From Clostridia bacterium (lineage in GTDB: Bacteria; Bacillota; Clostridia; TANB77; CAG-508): 64,000 nt of DNA. The DNA is taken from contig CAAEUE010000002.1 in NCBI GenBank assembly GCA_900759015.1, positions 47,332 to 111,331 of the forward strand, written 5' to 3'. Shown here one piece after another: positions 39,354 through 48,888 of the stretch (position 1 is its first letter; each line of letters begins with the position of its first letter). A program made the position numbers and the translations under genes. Below the pieces are notes generated by a model. It saw only the letters and a list, made by a program, of their open reading frames with translations. It did not search any database and was not told where the DNA came from.

Positions 39354-39857
39354 TTAGTTTGCTACTACAACCATAGAATGTCTTATAACTCTATCTCCTA
39401 TTTTGTATCCTTTTCTGTAATCTTCTTTTATTTCTTTTTCGCCTAAATTTTCATCTACTACAGAACTTACTGCCTCGTGTAATTCTGGATCAAAAGTTTT
39501 TCCTACTGCTTCTATTTCTTCTACTCCGTTTGCTTTTAGTAAATCTTGTAATTGTTTATATACAAGTTCAACACCTTGTTTGTATCCAGCATCTTTTGTC
39601 TCTACTTGTACCGCTTTTTCAAGATTATCTAATACTGGTAAAATTCCTGTCATTATATCTCCCATAATAGAGTTATATAATTGTTCCCTTTCTTTTGCAC
39701 TTCTCTTTTTATAATTTTCAAATTCTGCTAGTACTCTTTTATATCTGTCCATTAATTCGTCATATTCTTGTTCTTTTTTAACTAGCTCTTCTTTTTTTAC
39801 CATTTCATCTGATTTTATTACTTCTGGTTCCTTTTTATTTTCTTTTTTTTCTGCCAA
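39354..39857 (-). CDS. grpE: Nucleotide exchange factor GrpE
   Basis: RVLAEFENYKKR and the C-terminal GYK.GDRVIRHSMV motif. A TTG 1 nt after the hrcA stop with a GAAGG RBS is preferred. The maximal ORF extends to ATG 39890. Confidence 0.85.
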   Translation of the reverse strand: MAEKKENKKEPEVIKSDEMVKKEELVKKEQEYDELMDRYKRVLAEFENYKKRSAKEREQLYNSIMGDIMTGILPVLDNLEKAVQVETKDAGYKQGVELVYKQLQDLLKANGVEEIEAVGKTFDPELHEAVSSVVDENLGEKEIKEDYRKGYKIGDRVIRHSMVVVAN

Positions 39858-39858
39858 T

Positions 39859-40908
39859 TTACATACCTTCTTTCTTATTATTATCTTCATTTAATTTTTT
39901 ACTTATATATTTCATTACAGCTATAACTTTTGCATAGTCCATTCTTTTTGGTCCTATAATTCCTATTGTTCCTAAATCTTTATCACCGATAGTATGTTTA
40001 AAAGTTATAATGCTGAAATCTTTTAGATTACTATTTTCATCATCATCACCAATAAAGACATTAATATCTTCTGCATCTCCAGAATTAAATATTTCTAACA
40101 TTTCATCTTTAGCGTCTAGTAAATTGACAAAGTTCTTTGCTACCTTCATACTTTTAAATTCTGGTAAGTCAAAAGATTTTTTTGCACCTTCTAAAAATAT
40201 ATTGTTATTTTCTTCTTCAACTATCCTATTTATTTGCTCTATAATGGCTTTCATAATTCCTATACTATAATGAACTTCTGAGAAAATATAATCTGCCATT
40301 GGCTTGTCTATTTTAGATAAAGGCTTTCCTCTTAATCTTGTATTAAATAGGTTGTTTAAAGTATCTACTTGGCTTTCTGTTATATCTTCGTCAAATTTGA
40401 TAATTGTTTCTTTTACTAAACCTGTATCTGTTACAATTACAACCATCAACATTCTTTGTCCTAAAGAAACAAATTTAATTTCTTCTATAATTTGTTTATC
40501 TGCTTTTGGACCAACTGCAACTGTTGTATAATGGGTTATTTCTGATAAAGTTGTTGTTGCAACCTTAGTTAGATCTTCTATTTCGTTAACTTTAATTTTT
40601 AGCTTGTTTTGAATATATTTAATTTCTTCTAAAGTTAAATTATCTTCTTTTAATAGTTCATTAACGTAATACCTATAACCTTCTGCAGATGGCACTCTTC
40701 CTGCTGAAGTATGTGGTTTATCTAAAAAACCTATGCTTTCTAATTGAGCCATATCATTTCTTATTGTTGCACTACTATAATCTAATCCATGGCCTTTTGT
40801 TATACTTCCAGAGCTTACAGGTTCTGCTGTATTAATATATTCTTCTACTATTGCTTGTAATACTTTCTTTTTTCTTTCGTCTAAATCTTTCTTTTTCAAT
40901 ATTTTCAC
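39859..40908 (-). CDS. hrcA: Heat-inducible transcription repressor HrcA
   Basis: ERKKKVLQAIVEEYINTAEPVSSGSI winged-helix N-terminus. Start is GTG 40908 or TTG 40899 (after GAGGTGA). Confidence 0.93.
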   Translation of the reverse strand: MKILKKKDLDERKKKVLQAIVEEYINTAEPVSSGSITKGHGLDYSSATIRNDMAQLESIGFLDKPHTSAGRVPSAEGYRYYVNELLKEDNLTLEEIKYIQNKLKIKVNEIEDLTKVATTTLSEITHYTTVAVGPKADKQIIEEIKFVSLGQRMLMVVIVTDTGLVKETIIKFDEDITESQVDTLNNLFNTRLRGKPLSKIDKPMADYIFSEVHYSIGIMKAIIEQINRIVEEENNNIFLEGAKKSFDLPEFKSMKVAKNFVNLLDAKDEMLEIFNSGDAEDINVFIGDDDENSNLKDFSIITFKHTIGDKDLGTIGIIGPKRMDYAKVIAVMKYISKKLNEDNNKKEGM

Positions 40909-40912
40909 CTCT

Positions 40913-40939
40913 TTAGCACTCTTTGTATCTGATTGCTAA
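40913..40939 (-). promoter_or_regulatory. CIRCE operator (HrcA binding site)
   Basis: Minus strand TTAGCAATC-N9-GAGTGCTAA against the consensus TTAGCACTC-N9-GAGTGCTAA. Confidence 0.85.
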
Positions 40940-40950
40940 ATTCTTTAAAT

Positions 40951-40979
40951 ATATTATATTCAATTTTAGCAAATGTCAA
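40951..40979 (-). promoter_or_regulatory. Sigma-A promoter of the hrcA operon
   Basis: Minus strand TTGACA, 17-nt spacer, TAATAT (TATAAT at 15-nt spacing is the alternative). Confidence 0.6.
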
Positions 40980-40992
40980 TACCTTTTGCTAA
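40966..40992. promoter_or_regulatory. Second, degenerate CIRCE-like inverted repeat overlapping the -35 box
   Basis: TTAGCAAAT-N9-TTTTGCTAA. The outer TTAGCA/TGCTAA arms are conserved. Confidence 0.45.
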
Positions 40993-41118
40993 AATTTCTT
41001 TGTGAATTTTTTGTGAATTAAGTTTTAGTCATTTTGCTAATTTATACGCAAAAAGAGTCTAGTACAATGTACTAAACTCTCCTTTTACTAAATTATAGCT
41101 AAAAATATATTTTTACAT

Positions 41119-41143
41119 AAAAAACGGGGGCATTGCCCCCTCG
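41119..41143 (-). terminator. GC-rich intrinsic terminator
   Basis: Minus strand GGGGGCaatGCCCCC followed by T6. Confidence 0.8.
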
Positions 41144-41162
41144 TATTGTCAAATGGCTTTCA

Positions 41163-42095
41163 TTAGTTAAATAATTTCTTTGTTACCCAGTTGTATACAT
41201 CGGCATACACCTGCTCTTTTATTGCCTCGTGCAAAATGTCGTGTCGTAATCCAGGATACATCTTCACTTCAATATCCTTGACTCCGGCCTTGCACATCAC
41301 CTTTTCTGTCACCATTACACCTTTTCCGCAGTCCCCTACAGGGTCCATTTCACCGGAAATAAGTAAAATAGGCAAACTCTTATCCATATTCCACACATTT
41401 TTTTCATGTGAGGAATAAAGCATTCCTTCAAGTAATTCTCTAAAAAGGCCTGCAGAGAAATCTCCTCCTCTTTGAGGATCTGCTATGTACTCATCCAACG
41501 CTTCTTCGTCGCTACACAACCAATCATACTCCGTTCTGTTCGGAGCAAAGATTTTGTTGTATGTTCCAAAAGTCAAATTATGAATTGTTGGTGTTGAGTT
41601 ATCTTCTCCAGCCTTTTTCGCTTCCAAATTCGCCACAAGTTTTGCAATCTTAATTGCTACTGGAGGCATCTGACCTGTTCCCATTAGTATAGCAGCAGCC
41701 AAATCTCCCGGATTATCAATCAAATAGGTTCTTACTACAAATGAACCTAATGAGAAACCGAGCATAACATAAGGTAAATCAGGATACCTTTCCACCGTAA
41801 TGTTTTTAAGCATCTTGATATCCTCAACTACCCATTTCCATGAGCCTTTTGGTCCAAAGTACATTGGTTTTGCACCCTCGGCTATGGATTTTCCATGACC
41901 TAAATGGTCGTTTCCAACCACTATAAAGCCTTTTTCTGTTAAATATCTTGCAAAATCTTCATATCGCAAGATGTATTCAGTAACTCCATGAGCAATCTGA
42001 ATGATTCCCACAGGTTCCCCCTTGGGCATCCATCTCACTGCGTGGATGTTAGTTTTTTTGTCTGCTGATTGGTAGTAAAATTCATACCTCTTCAT
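41163..42095 (-). CDS. Alpha/beta hydrolase (lysophospholipase / monoacylglycerol lipase-like)
   Basis: HGVTEY, the GFSLGS nucleophile elbow, and C-terminal RHDILHE. G+C-richer than its neighbours. Confidence 0.8.
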   Translation of the reverse strand: MKRYEFYYQSADKKTNIHAVRWMPKGEPVGIIQIAHGVTEYILRYEDFARYLTEKGFIVVGNDHLGHGKSIAEGAKPMYFGPKGSWKWVVEDIKMLKNITVERYPDLPYVMLGFSLGSFVVRTYLIDNPGDLAAAILMGTGQMPPVAIKIAKLVANLEAKKAGEDNSTPTIHNLTFGTYNKIFAPNRTEYDWLCSDEEALDEYIADPQRGGDFSAGLFRELLEGMLYSSHEKNVWNMDKSLPILLISGEMDPVGDCGKGVMVTEKVMCKAGVKDIEVKMYPGLRHDILHEAIKEQVYADVYNWVTKKLFN

Positions 42096-42231
42096 TGATG
42101 TTTTCCTCCTATTGCCATTTGACTAATTAATTTATCTGCCAGATTAATTGTTCTAGCTAAACAAACTAATTTAGTTCATTTTACCACTTTTTCTGGCTTT
42201 TTTCAATTATGTAAAGCTACTTTTATAACAA

Positions 42232-43350
42232 TTATACAAATTCTTCCCACACTATATTTGCCAAGTCTAAGCCCTTATTTGTAAGCTTTATATTGTCTAA
42301 ATCTATCTCTACTAAGCCTTCTTCTGTAAGTTTATTAAGTTCATCTTTAAATAAATACAATGGATTGTCCACATATTTTTGTTTAAATTCTGATATACTT
42401 ACACCTTCTAGAGTTCTTAGGCCCAACATCATATATTCTTTTTTTGCGTCTTCTATTGTTTGTTTTTCTTCTATTTTCTTATTATCTGGATTTTGCAAAT
42501 ATTCTTCTAAACTATTTGTATTAGAATATCTTATATTATTATAATAAGAATGTGCTGCCACACCAAAACCAAGGTAACTATGTTGTTTCCAACAATTATA
42601 ATTATGTTTAGATTTATATCCTTTTTTGGCAAAATTAGAGATTTCATAATGTTCATAACCATTAGCTTCCAAAACATCTTTAACTTTCCAATACATTTCT
42701 CTTTCCACTTCATCAGTTGGTAAATCAAGTTTTCCTAAATTAACTAATACTTCTAATTTCGTATTTTCTTCTAAAATTAATGAATATACAGAAATATGTT
42801 TTGGATTTAAACTAATAATGTCTATAAGGCTATCTTCAACATCTTGCAAAGTTTGCTCAGGAAGTCCAATCATTAAATCCACATTAATATTTTTAAATCC
42901 AATTTCTTTAGCTAGTTTATATGTATTTAAAAAATCTTCATATTTATGTATTCTTCCTATTTCTTCTAATAACTTATCTTTAGTAGATTGCAATCCTATA
43001 CTTAATCTGTTTATTCCTGCTTCCTTATATAATAGTAACTTGTTTTCTGTTACAGTACCTGGGTTTACCTCAATTGTTATTTCTGCATTCTTTTTTACTT
43101 TATAATTATCCCTTATACAATTTAAAATTTCTGCTATATATGACGCATCTATAATTGATGGTGTTCCACCACCAATATATATTGTATCTACATAATTTTT
43201 TACTCTTTTGCTTCTTTCTTTTATTTCTTCTTTTAGTGCTTGTACATAATCTTCTTGTTTTTCCAATTTTCCTGGATATGAGCAAAAATCACAATAATAA
43301 CATTTGCGCATACAAAAAGGTATATGTACATATATACCTATATTTTCCAT
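42232..43350 (-). CDS. hemW: Radical SAM heme chaperone HemW (HemN-like)
   Basis: HIPFCMRKCYYCDF (CxxxCxxC) and the HemN C-terminal domain. Confidence 0.9.
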   Translation of the reverse strand: MENIGIYVHIPFCMRKCYYCDFCSYPGKLEKQEDYVQALKEEIKERSKRVKNYVDTIYIGGGTPSIIDASYIAEILNCIRDNYKVKKNAEITIEVNPGTVTENKLLLYKEAGINRLSIGLQSTKDKLLEEIGRIHKYEDFLNTYKLAKEIGFKNINVDLMIGLPEQTLQDVEDSLIDIISLNPKHISVYSLILEENTKLEVLVNLGKLDLPTDEVEREMYWKVKDVLEANGYEHYEISNFAKKGYKSKHNYNCWKQHSYLGFGVAAHSYYNNIRYSNTNSLEEYLQNPDNKKIEEKQTIEDAKKEYMMLGLRTLEGVSISEFKQKYVDNPLYLFKDELNKLTEEGLVEIDLDNIKLTNKGLDLANIVWEEFV

Positions 43351-43351
43351 C

Positions 43352-44221
43352 TTATATTTCCTCTGCTATTTTTATTAATTTGTTCAATCTATAATTTACT
43401 CCAGATTTTCCTACTGGTATTTTTAGCATATTTCCTAATTCTATTAAACTAGCATCTGGATTTTTTAGTCTAAGCTCTGCAATTTCTTTTAATTCATCAG
43501 ATAAATTTGTAAATTTTTTACTAGCTTTTAATTTCTTGATTGCTTCTATCTGTTTAGTAGCTGCATTAACTGTCTTATTTAAATTAGCAACTTCACAATT
43601 TACCATTCTGTTTACATTATTTCTAGCTTCTTTTATTACTCTTATCTCTTCAAATTTAAGCATAGCACCACTTGCACCAATACAAACTAAAAAATTGGAT
43701 ATATCTTCTCCCTCTTTTATATACAATGCAATACTTCCATTTTTATTAAGTGTTTTAGCTGTTATATTATATTGTTTCATAAAATCTTTTATAATTAATA
43801 GATTTTCTAAATTACTAAAATTAATTTCCAAATGATATGTATTACTTGGCTCGCTTACTAATCCAGCTCCCATAAAAGCTCCTCTAAGTAATGCTTTTAT
43901 ATCTTTGTCTTCCATTTCTTTTGGCTTATTAAATTTGACATAATTTGAATTAAAAGAACAATTACTTAAATTTTCTGGTTTGCTAAATGTAATTACATAG
44001 AAATTTCCTTGCATTTCTATTTTATATTTTATCTCCATATTATTTAGTAGTTTATTAAATCTATTAATATTAAATTCGTTTTCTGTAGAAAATTTTACCT
44101 TTTTTTCTACTTTTGTATTTTTAGTTATTAAATAACCAACTAATTCATAATAAACAGCTTGCTTATCCTTTAAATTATTCAGTTTACTTAATTCTTCTTT
44201 TATTTCAGATGAAAAAGACAT
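43352..44221 (-). CDS. whiA: DNA-binding protein WhiA
   Basis: MSFSSEIKEEL N-terminus, degenerate LAGLIDADG middle region, C-terminal HTH (SGVNYRLNKL). Confidence 0.9.
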   Translation of the reverse strand: MSFSSEIKEELSKLNNLKDKQAVYYELVGYLITKNTKVEKKVKFSTENEFNINRFNKLLNNMEIKYKIEMQGNFYVITFSKPENLSNCSFNSNYVKFNKPKEMEDKDIKALLRGAFMGAGLVSEPSNTYHLEINFSNLENLLIIKDFMKQYNITAKTLNKNGSIALYIKEGEDISNFLVCIGASGAMLKFEEIRVIKEARNNVNRMVNCEVANLNKTVNAATKQIEAIKKLKASKKFTNLSDELKEIAELRLKNPDASLIELGNMLKIPVGKSGVNYRLNKLIKIAEEI

Positions 44222-44223
44222 TT

Positions 44224-45060
44224 TTACACCTTCTTTACAACTACTATTCTATCATTATCTCCTAAATCTTTTTTAGTTTTTACTAGTTCATATCTTTTAT
44301 CTGCTTTAATTAATTTTTCCAATTCTTCCTTTTGATCAAATCCAATTTCTAAAAAGAGCATACCATTATCAGCTAAAAACTTAAATGCTTCATTGATAAT
44401 TTTTTTATAAAAATATAAGCCATCTTCTCCACCATCTAACGCAATAATTGGCTCATTTTTTACCTCTTTATCTAGTGTGTTAATAACTTGTGTTTTTATG
44501 TATGGTGGATTTGATACAATTACATCAAAATCTTTATTTTGTATATCTGCAAACATATCTGAACATTTGAATTTTACATCAACATTATTATTCTTTGCAT
44601 TTATTTGTGCAACTTTTAATGCTTCCTTACTTATATCTATACCATAAACTTCTGAATTTTGCATATATTTTTTTAAAGAAATTGCAATACAGCCACTTCC
44701 TGTACACATATCTAATATTTTTACATGTTCATTTTTATATGTATTTATAACTTCCTCTACTAAAATTTCTGTATCGCTTCTTGGAATTAGTACATTTTGA
44801 TTAACAAAAAAGTTTAATTTCATAAATTCTTGATTATTGGTTATATATTGTATTGGAATATAATTTCTTAACTGTTCAATTCCATCTAATATCTTTTTTT
44901 CATGAATTTCGTCTAATTCATCTTCACTATGAGCCATAACATATTCTTTCGGTTTATTTAAAACTGAAGCTACCAATAATCTTATCTTTAATAGTGGTTC
45001 TTCTATATTTTTTTCTTTTAATTTAATTATTCCATTTTTTACTATTTCATTTATTGTCAT
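44224..45060 (-). CDS. prmC: Peptide chain release factor N5-glutamine methyltransferase
   Basis: DMCTGSGCIAI SAM motif and the NPPY catalytic motif. Start at the ATG after GGAAGGA. Confidence 0.9.
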   Translation of the reverse strand: MTINEIVKNGIIKLKEKNIEEPLLKIRLLVASVLNKPKEYVMAHSEDELDEIHEKKILDGIEQLRNYIPIQYITNNQEFMKLNFFVNQNVLIPRSDTEILVEEVINTYKNEHVKILDMCTGSGCIAISLKKYMQNSEVYGIDISKEALKVAQINAKNNNVDVKFKCSDMFADIQNKDFDVIVSNPPYIKTQVINTLDKEVKNEPIIALDGGEDGLYFYKKIINEAFKFLADNGMLFLEIGFDQKEELEKLIKADKRYELVKTKKDLGDNDRIVVVKKV

Positions 45061-45134
45061 AAATAATCCTTCCATTATATACAGCTTGCTTTGCACTCAC
45101 GCTAATATAGGCAATTTAACATTGTTATATACAT

Positions 45135-45338
45135 AAAAAAACTTACCCCGCCTTAGCCGTAAGAAGTTTAGAAATTTTAAGAGCCTACTCGCGTAGGTGG
45201 GTGTCTTGTTAAATGCTTGTGGGCTTCTTACTACTAAATAGAAGTGTAAGCTTGCACGCCACATCTAAAGGCGGACTCCCTTATAAAATTTGTTGGTTCT
45301 AAAATTCCAGTCTACACGCACTATGCAGGGAAGTTTTT
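45135..45338 (-). ncRNA. ssrS: Structured RNA of about 204 nt, candidate 6S RNA
   Basis: G+C-richer ORF-free block. The 5' and 3' ends pair (AAAAACUU+CCCUGC with GCGGGG(U)AAGUUUUU). Three G-U pairs and a GCGA tetraloop hairpin exist only on the minus strand. Promoter at 45365..45393. Confidence 0.5.
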
Positions 45339-45364
45339 GTTTGTCGTTTATTTAATTTAATAGT

Positions 45365-45393
45365 ATCTTAACATATTATTAATTTGTTTTCAA
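45365..45393 (-). promoter_or_regulatory. Putative promoter of the ncRNA
   Basis: Minus strand TTGAAA, 17-nt spacer, TGtTAAGAT. Confidence 0.45.
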
Positions 45394-45618
45394 TATCTTT
45401 TTTGTGCAATTTTTGTGTTTTTTCTGTTTTATCTTATGAATGCTTCGTTAAAGTTATTAATTTTAATTTGTTTATATAATTCTAGTATTTGTACTTTTTT
45501 AAATTTTATGATAAAATTATTGTAATTATGTGTAAATATTTAAATTTCAATGGTCCAGGCACAAAAATAGTTTTTAAACATATACTTTTCATATAGTGAT
45601 TTTTATGGAGGTATATAT

Positions 45619-46323
45619 ATGTTCTCTACTATTTCGTTGGCTGGATTTATTTCTTTTTTAAGTTCTGCCGTTTTTGTTGTTGGATATATTCAAAGTTCTA
45701 GTTTGTTTCCAGAACCTCTTTCACAATCAGAAGAAATATATTATTTAGATAAATTTAAAGCTGGTGATAATGAAGCCAGAAATATTTTAATAGAAAAAAA
45801 CCTGCGTTTAGTAGCTCATGTGGCAAAAAAATATTCTACATCTAACATCGAACAAGATGATTTAATTTCTATAGGTACTATTGGTCTTATAAAAGGTATA
45901 AATAGTTTTAAACATGATAAAGGTGTAAAACTTTCTACATACATTGCCAAATGCATAGATAATGAAATTCTAATGTTCTTACGTTCTTCTAAAAAACTTC
46001 AAGCAGAAGTAAAATTAAGTGATCCTATCGGTAAAGATAAAGATGACAATGTTGTTACATTGCAAGAAGTCTTAGAAGCTGATATTAAGAGCATAGAAGA
46101 TGAAGTGGATTTAGGATTAAAAAAGGAAAAACTTTATACCAATATAGATAAAATATTAAAAGAAAGAGAAAAAGAAATACTTATTAGAAGATTTGGCCTT
46201 AATGGTCATAAACCAGAAACGCAAAATGAAATTGCCAAAGATTTAGGTATTTCTAGATCATATGTTTCAAGAATAGAAACGAAAGCTATAAAAAAATTAG
46301 AAACAAAACTAAAAAAGGACTAA
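45619..46323 (+). CDS. sigK: RNA polymerase sporulation sigma factor SigK (pro-sigma-K, uninterrupted)
   Basis: Hydrophobic pro-sequence then FPEPLS, NLRLVAHVAKKY, ISIGTIGLIK and ISRSYVSRIE, closely parallel to B. subtilis SigK. Confidence 0.9.
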   Translation: MFSTISLAGFISFLSSAVFVVGYIQSSSLFPEPLSQSEEIYYLDKFKAGDNEARNILIEKNLRLVAHVAKKYSTSNIEQDDLISIGTIGLIKGINSFKHDKGVKLSTYIAKCIDNEILMFLRSSKKLQAEVKLSDPIGKDKDDNVVTLQEVLEADIKSIEDEVDLGLKKEKLYTNIDKILKEREKEILIRRFGLNGHKPETQNEIAKDLGISRSYVSRIETKAIKKLETKLKKD

Positions 46324-46356
46324 TTAGTCCTTTTTATTACATATTATGTACAACTT

Positions 46357-47640
46357 CTAATATTTTACTCTATCTTCTACACTTGTAGTTTGCCCATCTA
46401 GAAAATGATACTTATATTTTTTTCTATCCTCCATAGGAACAGGATTTTTTTCAATTTCTTCTGTAAATGGATTAATATATCCATACACATATTCTGGTGA
46501 AATATATCCAGGGTGTTGTGTATCTGCTTCTGGAAAATCAGAATTCCAAATAGGTTCTTCTGAATTTTTATTAAATAACCTTTTAGGCAACATAATAATT
46601 ATTTTATGATCTGGCACCATTAATCCCATAAAATATTTATCTTCTTCAAAATTTCCGTGAGCTGTTCTTTTTAATACATTTATACAATCTTCTCCCTGAG
46701 TTGAAGAATGTAAGCCTTCCTTATATATACTATCTCTAATCTCATGAGTACCTTCTGTTGATCTCAAGTGATTGGATGCATTTATATAATGTGTTATGAA
46801 GAAATTATCTTTATCTTCGTACAAACTTTCCATTTGTTTTCCGTATTTTATTGAATAATTACCATCTTCACGCAAATACTCTCGTCCCGCATATAGTAAG
46901 TCTGTTACATCTCCTGACGCAATGCATTCTAAATCTTCATCACAAGTCTTTCTTAAACCTTCGAATAAAAATCTTTTAGGAATTTTATATTTTCCATCTT
47001 CTACTTGTTTTGGGTTCCTTAATTCTTCTAATAATCTTTCCGCATTATTTATAGCTATTTTTATAAAGGTTTTATCAGTATTCGTTCTATCTTTCACTTC
47101 TTCTAGTTTTGGCAAAAATTTTTCTATATATTTTTCATATACTTCTGTATCGTTAGATTTATCAAATTTAATATATCTTATATCACGCTCAATTAACTCT
47201 TTCATAAATTCTGGGTTTTTAGCCAAATCCGGATTTTCGTTAACTACAAAGTTTATTGCTATATCTTCATTTTCCATTTTTTCTAATTTTTTCTTTGCAT
47301 TTTCTGGATTTAATGTCTGTTCATCTAAATCTAATTTTCTTTTTTCTAACCTTAAATTTGAAATCTGCTCATTTAATTCTGCTAGTTTTTTACTATTATC
47401 AGCTGAAGTTTTTAATTCTTGTTTATACTGTTTAGAAAAAGTTCGCATAAAAAATTCTATTATTGGATTTCTTTTCCTATAGATAGAAAGACCTCTATTC
47501 TCTTGATTTAATCTTAATATAGCCTCTTTAGTTTCTTGCATTTCTTCTTCTAACTTTATTTTTCTTGTTTGCAAGCCTTCGCTTTTTTGGATTATTTGCA
47601 TTAATTCATTCTTTGAATTTTCTAATACTTCATTTAGCAT
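46357..47640 (-). CDS. Hypothetical 427-aa protein (coiled-coil N-terminus, globular C-terminus)
   Basis: Long ORF with no recognisable motif. Confidence 0.65.
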   Translation of the reverse strand: MLNEVLENSKNELMQIIQKSEGLQTRKIKLEEEMQETKEAILRLNQENRGLSIYRKRNPIIEFFMRTFSKQYKQELKTSADNSKKLAELNEQISNLRLEKRKLDLDEQTLNPENAKKKLEKMENEDIAINFVVNENPDLAKNPEFMKELIERDIRYIKFDKSNDTEVYEKYIEKFLPKLEEVKDRTNTDKTFIKIAINNAERLLEELRNPKQVEDGKYKIPKRFLFEGLRKTCDEDLECIASGDVTDLLYAGREYLREDGNYSIKYGKQMESLYEDKDNFFITHYINASNHLRSTEGTHEIRDSIYKEGLHSSTQGEDCINVLKRTAHGNFEEDKYFMGLMVPDHKIIIMLPKRLFNKNSEEPIWNSDFPEADTQHPGYISPEYVYGYINPFTEEIEKNPVPMEDRKKYKYHFLDGQTTSVEDRVKY

Positions 47641-47858
47641 AAGTTTCTCCTTATTTTTTATTATATAGATTTTTTCTATACAACATATTAAATTCCTTAG
47701 CGATAAAATTTTCTTTCTTCATAATTATAACATTAATATTTTTATTGTGATATATTTTCACAAAAAATTGTAAAAATTTTCTTTCTTGTTTTTTTACATA
47801 TGCTGGTAATCAAAAAGAAAAACGGTACAAGTTCAACTTGCACCGTTCGTTAGAATTG

Positions 47859-48284
47859 TTACTCGCTTTTAGAATATGTATAGTGACACTCAATATATGT
47901 TAGAGCAAAAAACATTACTGGAAATTTAACCATTTCTGCCCAATTTTTCACCTCAAATATCACTCCTATGAAAAAAGCAAGAATAAAATAAACTACGACT
48001 ATTGTAATAACACTATCTATTATAATCATCTTCATATTAGTTTTATTTTTTTCTGTTAATCTTGTCTTAAAATTAATAATCTTAGCCTGATCTTGCTGTG
48101 TTTCATCAGAATATATTTTATAGTTAAAAATTATATTAGCTGCAATATTAGATACACTGCATAAAATAGATATAATTAACCAATTTTTATTCCCGTACCA
48201 TAGCTTTAGTATTACAGCTGAAATAAAAAAAGCATACACCGCATAAAGTATTAACCGAGCTACATTCTTTAAATTTTCTTTCAT
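47859..48284 (-). CDS. Membrane protein (4 TM)
   Basis: Hydrophobic segments. Followed by the terminator ACGGTGCAAGT/ACTTGTACCGT plus a T-run at about 47820..47850. Confidence 0.6.
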   Translation of the reverse strand: MKENLKNVARLILYAVYAFFISAVILKLWYGNKNWLIISILCSVSNIAANIIFNYKIYSDETQQDQAKIINFKTRLTEKNKTNMKMIIIDSVITIVVVYFILAFFIGVIFEVKNWAEMVKFPVMFFALTYIECHYTYSKSE

Positions 48285-48465
48285 TTCCTAATCCTCCTAA
48301 ATTCTAGAATTCATTTTTATACCATTATTTCCATGATATAAATTACTTATAAAACATACTTTTGAAATAATAGCATATTAGTACTTACATTTCAACAATA
48401 AAAGTTATTAAAAATCGTTTATACTAAAAAGATACATAGCAACTTTCTATGTATCTTTACTTAAT

Positions 48466-48873
48466 TTATTTAGAATATTTTTCAAATATATCATAAAATT
48501 CTTTGTTTACTTTTTTTAATGATATTGGTCTCATATTAGAATTTGTGAAACAATGTTTTGTTTCGCCTATTCCTAAAAGTTTTCCATTTGCTTTATTTCT
48601 AATTTCGTATTTCATACTTAATTTTATACCATCAAATTCAGATATAGCTACTTTTACAGCTATTGTATCTCCAAATTTTGCAGGATACTTATATTTGTAA
48701 TTAACTTCTAAAACCGGAATCATTATTCCATTATCTTCTATTTTTTTATATGGTAATCCCATTTCATCTAATAAATATATTCTCGCTTCTTCCATATATC
48801 TTATATAATTTGAATGATGAACCACATTCATTCCGTCTAATTCATAATAATTTATTCCTCTTTCAAATTCCAT
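48466..48873 (-). CDS. Acyl-CoA thioesterase (4HBT/YbgC family hotdog fold)
   Basis: DGMNVVHHSNYIRYMEEAR motif. Start at the ATG after GGAGGAG. Confidence 0.8.
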   Translation of the reverse strand: MEFERGINYYELDGMNVVHHSNYIRYMEEARIYLLDEMGLPYKKIEDNGIMIPVLEVNYKYKYPAKFGDTIAVKVAISEFDGIKLSMKYEIRNKANGKLLGIGETKHCFTNSNMRPISLKKVNKEFYDIFEKYSK

Positions 48874-48888
48874 TATTTCTCCTCCTTC

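Noticed and set aside
45135-45338. RNase P RNA, tmRNA or SRP RNA identity for the structured block.
   Set aside because: The block is too short for RNase P or tmRNA. It has no tag-peptide ORF or CCA-type tRNA-like end, no P4-type GGAAAGUCC...ACAGAA pair, and no SRP domain IV motif (GGAA/AGCAGC). The rod with a central bubble fits 6S better.
45540-45618. SigE- or SigK-type promoter upstream of sigK (catatac / catatagtg motifs).
   Set aside because: The matches to the CATACA-T / CATA---TA -10 consensus are partial, and no convincing -35 box lies at the right spacing. The evidence is too weak to annotate.
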